From a virus: a DNA stretch of 64,000 bases. Shown here one piece after another: positions 1 through 8,173 of the stretch. Position 1 is the stretch's first letter. Each line of letters opens with the position of its first letter. Location of the stretch: positions 64,001 to 128,000 of IMG/VR virus record IMGVR_UViG_3300036780_000209. One strand, given 5' to 3'. A model generated the notes under the pieces. The model saw nothing but the letters and a program-made list of their open reading frames with translations, did no database searches and was not told where the DNA came from. The translations under genes and the position numbers were made by a program.

Positions 1-2125
1 CGGACCAGGAGTCAGTCTGGCCGGTGCGCTTGCGGTTGCCGTACCCGTACCAGGTGATGCCCTTGATCCTGACCGGAGCGTCCTCCCTGAGCGGGATCTC
101 GCGCTCGCTGCCGCCCCAGCCGCCGTAGTTGGAGACACCTCCCTCTCCCAGGCGTCTCCGGTCGGTCTCTATGTGCCCGACATCGGGCAGCTTCGCATGC
201 AGAATGACCTTGGTCGAGCCCGGCAGGTTGGTCCTGCGCTCGAAGTCGGCGAAGTGCCGGGACACCTGCTCCGTCGCGGACCAGTGCATGCCGAGGGGCT
301 TGTCCCTCAGGTGGTCGGCAATCGCCTGGGCCTGCCTGTCCGGGTCCTGGAACTGATCGTGGACGAACCGGTGCACGTCCTCGGGCAGCTCGACCGCCAG
401 CCCCCGGTGCATCAGCGGCTCGCTGCGCTTCCTGAACCGGAGCTTCCGGAGGTGCTCTCCCCACTGCTCCTCGGCCGACGGAGGCTCCCAGGCCGCCGCC
501 CCGAGGGACCGCACCCATGCCTTCCCGTCGTCAGTCCGGTCGGTGGAGTGCTTCGCCCGGGGCGTCATCTCCTGGGACCAGTTCCACATGGCCGTGGCCA
601 GGCCCTTGTGCCGATGCTGCGCGTGCACGTCGATGCTCTCGACCTGGTGCTTCGTGCCCATCCAGGAGAGCTTGCCGACTGCCTGCTCATGATCGGGGTG
701 CCAGGCCTCGATGACGTGACGGGGCCTGCGCTCTCCCTCGTCCGACGTCCGGTAGCGCATCGTGTAGTCGCCGAACTGCCGCTCGTCACCCTCCTGCTGG
801 CGGACGGCCACGTGCCGATCCGGGCCGCCTATCCGCTGCCAGGAGTGAGGTTCATGCTCCCATGCTTCAAGACCGTGCTCCTCCCACCGGGATTCATCCA
901 GGTGCTCAGGCCAGTCCGGGCGATCGGGGAGGGATGCCTCCATGTGGTGAATGCGAACCGGAGCGCCGGACTTGACAAGCGTCTCCTGCTCGTCCTTGTG
1001 GGTAAGTCCTTGCCAGCCGTGCCCTTCTACCATGGCCGAGCGCAGCTCATCGGGATCGCTGACGTGGTGAGACTTCGCGATGCTTCCGTGCATCACGACG
1101 GGAACGTGCATGTAGAACGGGCTCGGAACTGTTGTCCGCGCCTCGTGAGTCAGCGGATGCGCGAACCTGCGGGCAATGTCCTCCCGCGCCGACCAGTGCT
1201 CTCCCAGGTGCTCACCGACATGCTGGCGGATAAGGTCATGCACCGCCGGATGACCACCTGAACGGTAGGCCCCGGTGATGTCATCCGGGGCCATCTCGAT
1301 GCTGATTCCACGATGCAGTACCTGCCGGGCCGCAGCATTCCGCTCACGCCAGTTGTCCCACTGCTCCTGCTGGGCATCGTCGTCATACAGGGAGCGGAAA
1401 TGCTCGGGCTTTATGCTGGCAGCGGGAATGGAATAGTGCTTTTCCCCGGACGGGAACTCATCCTCCAGGCGGGCCATTTGCTCGGGGACGTGAAGGTGCA
1501 CCGCGTCATTCCCGTAGCCCTTCGCCTGGGCAAAAGGCGCGTTGCTGAAAAACACCACCGGGCGGCCGTGCTCGTCGTTCTCCTCCGGCTTGAACGCCAT
1601 GTCCTTCCAGATGCGGCGGGCACCTGACGGGGAAGTGTGATGCCAGAGATGGATCATCCGGGCGGCAGTCTTCTCCCCGGCCCAGCGGCCCGATCGCTCC
1701 AGGTTGAAGGCGGCGTCGAATTCCTCCGGGGTGGAAGGACGGTGCTCCGTCATCACGGGCGGCTTGCCCGGCTGGTGACGCACCACGACCGGAACGTCAT
1801 GAACTCCGGCCCGCTGCGCGGCATCCAGGCGGTGCATGCCGTTGAAGGTGGTAGGGCCTCCGTGAGCCGGGAAGTCCTCGATCGCCAGGGGGTGCTGCAC
1901 CCCGTTGCGCCGGACATCAGCGGTCAGCTCCCGCCAGTGGCGGCGGCGGGGCGGGTGGTCGTCGCAGTACCCCTGTGGCTCGGACGCGGCCAGGGTGCCG
2001 CTGGCGTCGCAGGGATAGCACTCGTGACCGTCGCGGTGCTCTCCCGAGCCCTGGCAGCACGCGCAGGACTTCCGGCCGCGACCCGGGCGGGCAGCCCCGA
2101 AGTGAGCGAGCAGGTCGGCAGTCAT
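1..2125 (-). CDS. Polyvalent multi-enzyme protein, 3'-partial (>700 aa): CxxCxGxG Zn finger, ParB/Srx-like domain, ART-like domain, R-S-E type ART, GNAT acetyltransferase, second R-S-E type ART
   Basis: Absent from the ORF track because it has no stop inside the window. Hand translation from ATG 2125 (SD AGGAGG) is open to the edge: MTADLLAHFGAARPGRGRKSCACCQGSGEH..CYPCDASG; NGVQHPL..NGMHRLDAAQRAGVHDVPV; LWHHTS..VFFSN..YG; LHRG..HWS..EQE; VHAQHRHKGLATAMW; MHRG..HWS..ERE. Confidence 0.85.
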   Translation of the reverse strand, partial: MTADLLAHFGAARPGRGRKSCACCQGSGEHRDGHECYPCDASGTLAASEPQGYCDDHPPRRRHWRELTADVRRNGVQHPLAIEDFPAHGGPTTFNGMHRLDAAQRAGVHDVPVVVRHQPGKPPVMTEHRPSTPEEFDAAFNLERSGRWAGEKTAARMIHLWHHTSPSGARRIWKDMAFKPEENDEHGRPVVFFSNAPFAQAKGYGNDAVHLHVPEQMARLEDEFPSGEKHYSIPAASIKPEHFRSLYDDDAQQEQWDNWRERNAAARQVLHRGISIEMAPDDITGAYRSGGHPAVHDLIRQHVGEHLGEHWSAREDIARRFAHPLTHEARTTVPSPFYMHVPVVMHGSIAKSHHVSDPDELRSAMVEGHGWQGLTHKDEQETLVKSGAPVRIHHMEASLPDRPDWPEHLDESRWEEHGLEAWEHEPHSWQRIGGPDRHVAVRQQEGDERQFGDYTMRYRTSDEGERRPRHVIEAWHPDHEQAVGKLSWMGTKHQVESIDVHAQHRHKGLATAMWNWSQEMTPRAKHSTDRTDDGKAWVRSLGAAAWEPPSAEEQWGEHLRKLRFRKRSEPLMHRGLAVELPEDVHRFVHDQFQDPDRQAQAIADHLRDKPLGMHWSATEQVSRHFADFERRTNLPGSTKVILHAKLPDVGHIETDRRRLGEGGVSNYGGWGGSEREIPLREDAPVRIKGITWYGYGNRKRTGQTDSWS

Positions 2126-2150
2126 TCTTCCCTCCTGCTACTTCCGTGCT

Positions 2151-2303
2151 CTACTTCATCGCGGGCTCAGGCTCCGCCTGGAACTCCGGGCACGGGCCGG
2201 CCTCGCCTCCCTTGCATCCCACTGCCTTGCAGGGCGTGGTGCCGTTGCCGTGGAGTGACCACGGGTGGTTGCAACGAGAGCACTTACCGGGATTCACCGG
2301 CAT
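2151..2303 (-). CDS. Small Cys/His-rich protein, 50 aa (MPVNPGKCSRCNHPWSLHGNGTTPCKAVGCKGGEAGPCPEFQ...)
   Basis: Hand-translated. SD GAGGTG upstream; CxxCxH-x4-H..C..C..C pattern; fills the gap after terL. Confidence 0.7.
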   Translation of the reverse strand: MPVNPGKCSRCNHPWSLHGNGTTPCKAVGCKGGEAGPCPEFQAEPEPAMK

Positions 2304-2374
2304 AAGGTATTCACCTCTTCACGTCAAGATATTGCAAGCTACCCAGTTAGTGTAGTGACTGGGGGTGAGCCTGA

Positions 2375-4477
2375 TCAAGATCGCGACATCCGGCGCGGCG
2401 AGGTGCCCCTGCCCCCGTAGCCTGCCCCGGGACGGCCCGTGCGCCCCATGCCGGAGTGCAGGCCCCGGTGCATCCCCGACTGGCCGAGCGCCAGGCCGAA
2501 CGGGTTGGAGAACTGGCCCGGGTCGAACCGCTTGTACGGGTCGTCGCCGCCGGGGAGACTCAGGCCGGGCCGCTGGCGGGCCAGGTCGCGGCCGAGGAAG
2601 GTGCCCATCTGCTCGCCGAGCAGGGCGGCCGTGACGATCGCGACGCAGTCGGCGATGTCCTTGGTCTGGACCGGGCCCGAGGTAGGGCAGATGACCTTGG
2701 ACTGGCCCTCGGGCTTCTGGAGGAACTTCAGCTCCTGGGCCGCCTCCATGTGCACCGGGGCATGCACCAGCCCCATGTTCAGGCATGCCTTGAAGGTCTC
2801 GTAGGTACTCCAGTTCAGGGCGGCCGTGGCATCGCGGACATAGACCTGGACGTTCTTCTGCAGGTGCCCGGCCCGGACGCGCTTCTGCAGCGCCTGGACC
2901 GTGGCCGGGGCATTGAACTGGTCGAACGTCAGCTCGTCCGGCTGGAACCTGGTGACCACGTTGGAGTAGATCCACTCGATGATCTCGTCGTAGTCCACGA
3001 AGTGATCGTCGTAATCCGCCGGATCCCAGAAGTGGATGAGGTCGAACACCGCGTGATTCAGGCCGTCGGGGCCGGGCTCCTCGTGGGCCAGGGCAAAGCC
3101 GAACCGGCAGTTGACGTTCGAGGGGTCACCGTGCGCCCGGTAGCTGACCAGGAGGGGTCCCCGGACCTGGTTCTCCAGGTGCGGCGGTCCCCAGTCAGGG
3201 TGGCGCTCGCCCCAGTCGGCGAACATGCCGTCCACCCGGGCGGCAGCCAGGTAGGCGTCCATCGCGGTAGCCCAGTTGGACAGGCGCTCCACCCGGAAGG
3301 CGTCCGGATTGGCGCGCTCCTCCTTGCGCATGTTGTCGTCGTAGGCCTGGATCGCCCCGCGCAGCTTTCGGAAGCGGGGAACTTCGGCGTGCTCCTGCAG
3401 GTCCCCCGTGAAGCCAGGCGGGAAGATCTCCAGCTCGTGCGCCCGCTCCCAGTCCTTGTACGGCCCCCAGGAGGGGAGCTGCAGCATGAGCTTGTTCTGG
3501 TAGACCGCCATGAGCTGGTCGTCGTGCAGCTCGCGCTGCAGGGACAGCTCCCACAGCTCGTAGAAGCGCCCTGTCATCTCCCAGGTGGAGCTGGGCAGGA
3601 TGATGAAGGCGTCGGTGCCGAACTGGTCCAGGGACGGGGTGGCGGCATTGTAGACGGCACCGAACTCGCGGGTGATCCCCGCGTTCTTGACGTGGGCGGC
3701 CTCGTCGAACCCGACCAGGAAGCCGGCCTGGCCACGGGGAGCCACCAGGGTGGACTCCCGGGGGACGATCGAGAAGCTCGCCATGTCCCGGGTCGTCCGG
3801 ATGCCCCGGGCTGCCATCTTCCGCATCCGGACGAAATCATAGGGAGCGTAAACCGTCAGCGATTCCGCCAGGGGGGCGGAAATGTATTCCGTGAAGCACG
3901 GGGCCGTCGTGATGACGTTGTAAAGGTCCCCCCAGAGGTTTTCCTTGGCCTGCTCCCTCTTGCTCGCGAAGATCATTGCCGAGAGCTGCTTGTTCGGGTC
4001 AATGCCGTAGTATTCCTGGGGGTTTCCCTTGGCCAGGTAATTCCAGAGCACGTAGGCCATGGCCAGGGAAGAGACATAGCCTTTAGCGCCACGGCGGCCG
4101 ATTGCCAGGATAACCTCGCGGAACCACCGGTAATTGTGTGCTTTCAGCCACGCGATCCGCTCGTAGACATCAGGCTGGATCCCGTTGGTGCGGGCCGTGA
4201 ACTTATTCTCGACTCCGGCGTCAGGGTTGGTCTCGTTGAAGTCGTTGATCCACTCTGCGATGACCTGGTGGTCGTAATCGGTGAACAGGTCGTCGCGGAG
4301 GAAGATGATCTTGAGCAGGGTTGCCTGGCGGGGGTAGAGATTGGGCTTGTCCAGCCAGTGCTCGCTGAGGACGAAGGTGATCGGGTCCGGGACCGGGAGG
4401 TTGTCGTACCACCCGAGCACCTCCAGGGGGTTCATCCCTCCGGTGTCGGGAGCCTCCCAGAAGCCGGGCCTCGGCAT
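2375..4477 (-). CDS. terL: Terminase large subunit
   Basis: Walker A-like GRRGAKG, Walker B GFDEAAH, motif III PSS, RNase H-fold nuclease acidic residues (HGDPS, TFDQFN, KDIAD). Start moved to ATG 4477, coupled to the upstream stop (TGAGATG). Confidence 0.9.
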   Translation of the reverse strand: MPRPGFWEAPDTGGMNPLEVLGWYDNLPVPDPITFVLSEHWLDKPNLYPRQATLLKIIFLRDDLFTDYDHQVIAEWINDFNETNPDAGVENKFTARTNGIQPDVYERIAWLKAHNYRWFREVILAIGRRGAKGYVSSLAMAYVLWNYLAKGNPQEYYGIDPNKQLSAMIFASKREQAKENLWGDLYNVITTAPCFTEYISAPLAESLTVYAPYDFVRMRKMAARGIRTTRDMASFSIVPRESTLVAPRGQAGFLVGFDEAAHVKNAGITREFGAVYNAATPSLDQFGTDAFIILPSSTWEMTGRFYELWELSLQRELHDDQLMAVYQNKLMLQLPSWGPYKDWERAHELEIFPPGFTGDLQEHAEVPRFRKLRGAIQAYDDNMRKEERANPDAFRVERLSNWATAMDAYLAAARVDGMFADWGERHPDWGPPHLENQVRGPLLVSYRAHGDPSNVNCRFGFALAHEEPGPDGLNHAVFDLIHFWDPADYDDHFVDYDEIIEWIYSNVVTRFQPDELTFDQFNAPATVQALQKRVRAGHLQKNVQVYVRDATAALNWSTYETFKACLNMGLVHAPVHMEAAQELKFLQKPEGQSKVICPTSGPVQTKDIADCVAIVTAALLGEQMGTFLGRDLARQRPGLSLPGGDDPYKRFDPGQFSNPFGLALGQSGMHRGLHSGMGRTGRPGAGYGGRGTSPRRMSRS

Positions 4478-4478
4478 C

Positions 4479-4910
4479 TCAGTGAGAGTGCCCGTGCGAG
4501 TGCGGGTGACCATGTCCGTGAGAACGGCCGTGATCCATGCCGCCGCCGGCCCTGAACTTCTTGAAGGCATCCCCCTGGTCGGTCCTGATGACCTCGCCCT
4601 TGTCCTGGCCCGGCAGCTCCAGGATGTTCTGGGTGACCTCCCAGACCTGGCGGTCCGGGTCGAAGGAGCTGAGGCGGCCGGTCACGGTGACCTCGGGCAT
4701 CGCCGATCCGGCCTGAACGACGCCCCCGACGGCGTAGCTATGCCAGTTCACGTCCACCGCGAAGCCGATGTCCTCGAAGCGGCTCCGGATCTCGCGCTCG
4801 AAGGCCTCGTAGTTGTGCGCCTTCAGGCGAGCCCGGTCCTGCAGGACGGAGAGGATCTTCGTGATCTCATCGACCTCGGAGTCAAGTACTTCTAGTACGC
4901 TGTTACCCAT
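4479..4910 (-). CDS. Hypothetical phage protein with His/Gly-rich C-terminal tail
   Basis: Typical codon usage from MGNSVLEVLDSEVDEI; coupled to terL; ends HGRSHGHGHPHSHGHSH. Confidence 0.7.
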   Translation of the reverse strand: MGNSVLEVLDSEVDEITKILSVLQDRARLKAHNYEAFEREIRSRFEDIGFAVDVNWHSYAVGGVVQAGSAMPEVTVTGRLSSFDPDRQVWEVTQNILELPGQDKGEVIRTDQGDAFKKFRAGGGMDHGRSHGHGHPHSHGHSH

Positions 4911-5442
4911 GAGCGATAGCACCTGCCTGGTTCCTGGTTGCCTGAGGCCAATAAAGACGTACGGCATGTGCAATGGGCATCATCAGCGATGGTGGCGCTG
5001 CGGAGGAAGACTTCCCGAAAAGCCCCAGACTAATGAGACATGGCTCACTATCCCCGGATACGAAGGATGTTATGAAGTCTCTGACTGGGGACGAATCTGG
5101 AGCATCCGACATTTGCGCATGCTTATCCAGACGGAGACCTCTGGCGGTTACCTTCAGGTGACCTTGTGCAGGAACAAGACTCGGCAACAGACAGCGGTTC
5201 ACCAACTTGTAGCGCTCACGTTCATCGGGCCAGTCCCGGCGGGGGAAGAAGTTTGCCACAGAGATGACATCCAGATTCACAACATCCCCAGCAACCTGGA
5301 GTATGGAACCCGGGCTTATAACGCCCAGCAATCGGCAGAGCGCAGAAGGCACAGAAACAGCCGAAAGGAAAAATGCCCAGCATGCGGCCGGGACTACAAG
5401 TCTGAGGGCAAGGACAAGCGGCGTTGCCGACATCATGACTGA
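4909..5442 (+). mobile_element. Free-standing NUMOD4-HNH homing endonuclease gene in inverted orientation
   Basis: N-terminal CxxxxC..CxxH, NUMOD4 (ETWLTIPGYEGCYEVSDWGRIWS), HNH (VHQLVALTFIG..VCHRDD..HN..NLEYGT..N), C-terminal CPACG; visibly lower GC than the flanks. Confidence 0.9.
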
Positions 5443-5446
5443 CTCC

Positions 5447-6079
5447 TCACCCCTCACTCTCCTTCCCGGCCAGGACAGGCTGCTGGCCGGTGATGATCGT
5501 CCGCATCCTCGGCGAGGCATAGGCGTCCTCGACGAAACTGCGCCACTGGGGCGGGCTCAGGTAGCCCTGGACCAGCTCGACCAGTTCCATCAGGGCGGCC
5601 TGCCACACGGAGGCGTCGATGCTGTTCTGCTGGGCGGCCTTGTCGATCTGGAGCTGCAGGCTCATCGCCTTGAGCAGGTCCTTGGCAGTGACCTCGATCT
5701 CGCCGCTGGCCAGGCGGGCGTACCCGGCCTGGATCATCGCCTGGGCAGCGTCCGGGACCTTGACCAGGGACAGGTCCTCAGTCCCGTTCTTCCGGCTTTC
5801 GAGCTGCATCCGCATCTGGAGGTGCGGGGCGGCCAGGTGCTCGGTGTGGTCCCTGATGATCTCCGGGTGCGGGCAGGCCGGCCTGCGCCCCTTGAGGAGC
5901 TGGCGGATCGCGGCCGTCGAGTAGCCCTGGGAGAGCATGTCGTCGATCTGGATCAGCCACGGCGACCGGCAGCAGGCGCAGCCGGGGTCAAACGGCTTGT
6001 CGTATTCCCTGCCCCCGATGGAAACCGTCCGGACCTCGATGTCATTCATCGCCGTCGGCGTGATCCCCGTCCCCGACAT
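5447..6079 (-). CDS. Hypothetical protein with CxxC..H..H and HTH-like segment; possible terminase small subunit
   Basis: CACC..IDDMLSQGYSTAAIRQLL..H..H followed by helical C-terminus; TerS guess is positional only. Confidence 0.55.
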   Translation of the reverse strand: MSGTGITPTAMNDIEVRTVSIGGREYDKPFDPGCACCRSPWLIQIDDMLSQGYSTAAIRQLLKGRRPACPHPEIIRDHTEHLAAPHLQMRMQLESRKNGTEDLSLVKVPDAAQAMIQAGYARLASGEIEVTAKDLLKAMSLQLQIDKAAQQNSIDASVWQAALMELVELVQGYLSPPQWRSFVEDAYASPRMRTIITGQQPVLAGKESEG

Positions 6080-6377
6080 AACTATCCAGGCCGTTCTGCA
6101 CCCGCTTAGACGGATAGAATCCGTCCCGGCTGTTCAGGTGCGGGTAGCGCCGGTTCCAGGAGCGCCGGTACATTCCCTTGCGCACCGCCGGGTCGGCGAA
6201 TCCGGTGGAGGTGTACACCTCCTTGGAAATCCGGTCCTCGTATTTCCACTCCGTCAGGATGTCGGACTTGGCACTGCGGCTCGTGACCCCTGCCAGGGAT
6301 TCCCTCAGCAGGCGGTCAGCCTCATCCTCCAGCGCCCTGCTGACTCCGTTCCGGAGCCTCATCTGCGTCATTCTCAT
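6042..6377 (-). CDS. Hypothetical protein
   Basis: Fills the gap between neighbouring minus-strand genes; start uncertain (6377/6371/6362). Confidence 0.55.
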   Translation of the reverse strand: MRMTQMRLRNGVSRALEDEADRLLRESLAGVTSRSAKSDILTEWKYEDRISKEVYTSTGFADPAVRKGMYRRSWNRRYPHLNSRDGFYPSKRVQNGLDSYVGDGDHADGDE

Positions 6378-6699
6378 CAGCTCCAGCACGATTGATCTCG
6401 TCATACAAGAGGCAGAGCCTCTTGAGCCCCTGAGTGGCGTAGATGGCCACCGGGTTGACCGGGGAGACGCCCATGAGCCGGGCGACATCCCTTTCCCGCA
6501 TGTCGTCGTAGAGGAACATCTCGATAGCCTCGGCCTGCCGGGCCGAAAGCTCAGTGCGGCGGTGGTAAAGGGCCTGGATGTCCCACAGGCAGTATTCCTC
6601 GCCGTCTGGCCCCGGGAGGGTATCGACGCCCTCGGTCTCGAACAGCGCCTCGAAAAGCTGCAGGTACCGGAAAAGCTCTCTCAGGGTCCGGTGGTCCAA
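6322..6699 (-). CDS. Sigma-70 region 4-like HTH protein (candidate phage transcription factor)
   Basis: LSARQAEAIEMFLYDDMRERDVARLMGVS..V..YATQGLKRL matches the sigma region 4 pattern; no region 2 visible in 125 aa. Confidence 0.75.
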   Translation of the reverse strand: MDHRTLRELFRYLQLFEALFETEGVDTLPGPDGEEYCLWDIQALYHRRTELSARQAEAIEMFLYDDMRERDVARLMGVSPVNPVAIYATQGLKRLCLLYDEINRAGADENDADEAPERSQQGAGG

Positions 6700-6752
6700 C
6701 GTCCTTGATGCTCCCTAAGCCCAGAAGTTAAGAACTGCCCTATCTGAGCCAG

Positions 6753-6782
6753 ATGTTAACCGATGAAAAGGCCACGTGTCAT
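6753..6782 (-). promoter_or_regulatory. Host sigma70-type promoter upstream of the sigma-4 gene
   Basis: ATGACA-N18-TAACAT on the minus strand in an AT-rich gap. Confidence 0.5.
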
Positions 6783-6826
6783 CACCGGCTAAAGAAGCAG
6801 CGTTTTTCCTGCAAGGAGAATTGATA

Positions 6827-6856
6827 AAGCCCGGCCGCTGATTAGCAACCGGGCTT
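6827..6856 (-). terminator. Intrinsic terminator ending the replication/recombination operon
   Basis: Stem AAGCCCGG..CCGGGCTT with inner GCT/AGC pairing, followed by TAT/T-rich sequence on the minus strand, just after the 6874 stop. Confidence 0.6.
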
Positions 6857-6873
6857 GTATCTTTACGAGAAAA

Positions 6874-7557
6874 TCAGGTCTTGGTGACCTGCATCAGGAT
6901 CTGTTCCAGGCGCGTCATGGCGCGGACCAGGGCATCTGCACGCCGCGAGAGAATCGACTTGAATACGCCGAAATATCTCTCATCGAGAGAATGAGTCACG
7001 CCGGCCTGGGCCTTGTCGTCCACCGTGGACTTGCCCGGGACGTTCTGGAAGCCGTCGGCGAAGCGCTCCTCCCAGGCCACTTTCGCGAGCATCGCCTCGC
7101 CCCACAGCCCGGCTGCCACCTGCTCCCACTCGAACAGGCGGCCCGTGATCTCCTGGAGGTACTGCAGCCGCTCCCGGTCCGAGATCCTCAGCCAGTTCTC
7201 CACCGGGCTCCCGTTATCGTGCACCTTCCAGGTGGGGCGGCCGTCGGGACCGGTCTTCATCGTCCCGTCCGGGCTGATCTCCGGCTCGCGCACCAGGAGG
7301 TACAGCCGGTCCATGAGCGCGAACGCGCCCCCGAACTGGGACCTCATCACCTTCTCGGCCTGGACCTTGATCTCCTCGATCACGATCCGGTCCTCGCCGC
7401 GCCAGGAAGTGCGCATACGGGAGAAGTTCGGGGTGCGGAAGTTGCGCCTGCGGTCATCCGGCAGGTCAGGCTCCACGGGCTCGCTGCCCCCCGGACTCAG
7501 CGGCCTCTCGCTGTCAGCGAGCACCCGGTTGATCTGCTGCCTGCTCTTCTCGTCCAT
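6874..7557 (-). CDS. Hypothetical helical protein
   Basis: SD AGGAG before MDEKSRQQ; typical codon usage. Confidence 0.7.
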   Translation of the reverse strand: MDEKSRQQINRVLADSERPLSPGGSEPVEPDLPDDRRRNFRTPNFSRMRTSWRGEDRIVIEEIKVQAEKVMRSQFGGAFALMDRLYLLVREPEISPDGTMKTGPDGRPTWKVHDNGSPVENWLRISDRERLQYLQEITGRLFEWEQVAAGLWGEAMLAKVAWEERFADGFQNVPGKSTVDDKAQAGVTHSLDERYFGVFKSILSRRADALVRAMTRLEQILMQVTKT

Positions 7558-8173
7558 CCTGGCTCCTCTTGAGGTCATGCAGGAACGTCAGCGCCAGAGC
7601 CGCCGCGTCCCTCTCGTGCTCATTCCAGTTGCGCCCGGAGGATTCAGGTATATACCTGGCCACCGACAGCGCGATGTCCTTCTTGGCCCTGGCCGTCGGC
7701 GGCCTGCGCCCTCCGCAGAGCACGGCATAGGCATGCTGGGCAGACACCGGGCGGAAATGCTCTCCGGCATGCATGTAGACGAAAGTGCTCGCGATCAGCG
7801 CCGACTCGGTCCGGTGCCCACCGCTGCCCACCCAGGGGGTCTCGCAGACGATCCAGGCACACGCCTCCACCGCGCTGCGGATGGTCGTCCCCAGCTCGTC
7901 GTTCAGCAACCGGGCCTTGTCCCAGGTCGCCATGAACCCGGTGTGACCGGTGGACGGCCGGATCGTGCGCTTGTCCCAGACGTTCACCAGCGGGCCGCCG
8001 GCGTAATTCGCTCCCATGACCTCCAGCCGTACCCAGCCGCAGTTCGTCAGTGTCGGGTCGAATGCCAGGACATACTCCCCGGTCGCGAAATCGGAAATGA
8101 GAGGCGGCCGGAAAACATCGCCTTTCGGCTTTCCGGCGGAGAGCTTTTCCCGGAACCTGTCGATATCATTCAC
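7514..8173 (-). CDS. ruvC: RuvC-like Holliday junction resolvase
   Basis: VLAFDPTLTNCGW, IVCETP, AKKDI, NEHERDAAALA; GTGA coupling at 8170-8173. Confidence 0.8.
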   Translation of the reverse strand: MNDIDRFREKLSAGKPKGDVFRPPLISDFATGEYVLAFDPTLTNCGWVRLEVMGANYAGGPLVNVWDKRTIRPSTGHTGFMATWDKARLLNDELGTTIRSAVEACAWIVCETPWVGSGGHRTESALIASTFVYMHAGEHFRPVSAQHAYAVLCGGRRPPTARAKKDIALSVARYIPESSGRNWNEHERDAAALALTFLHDLKRSQDGREEQAADQPGAR

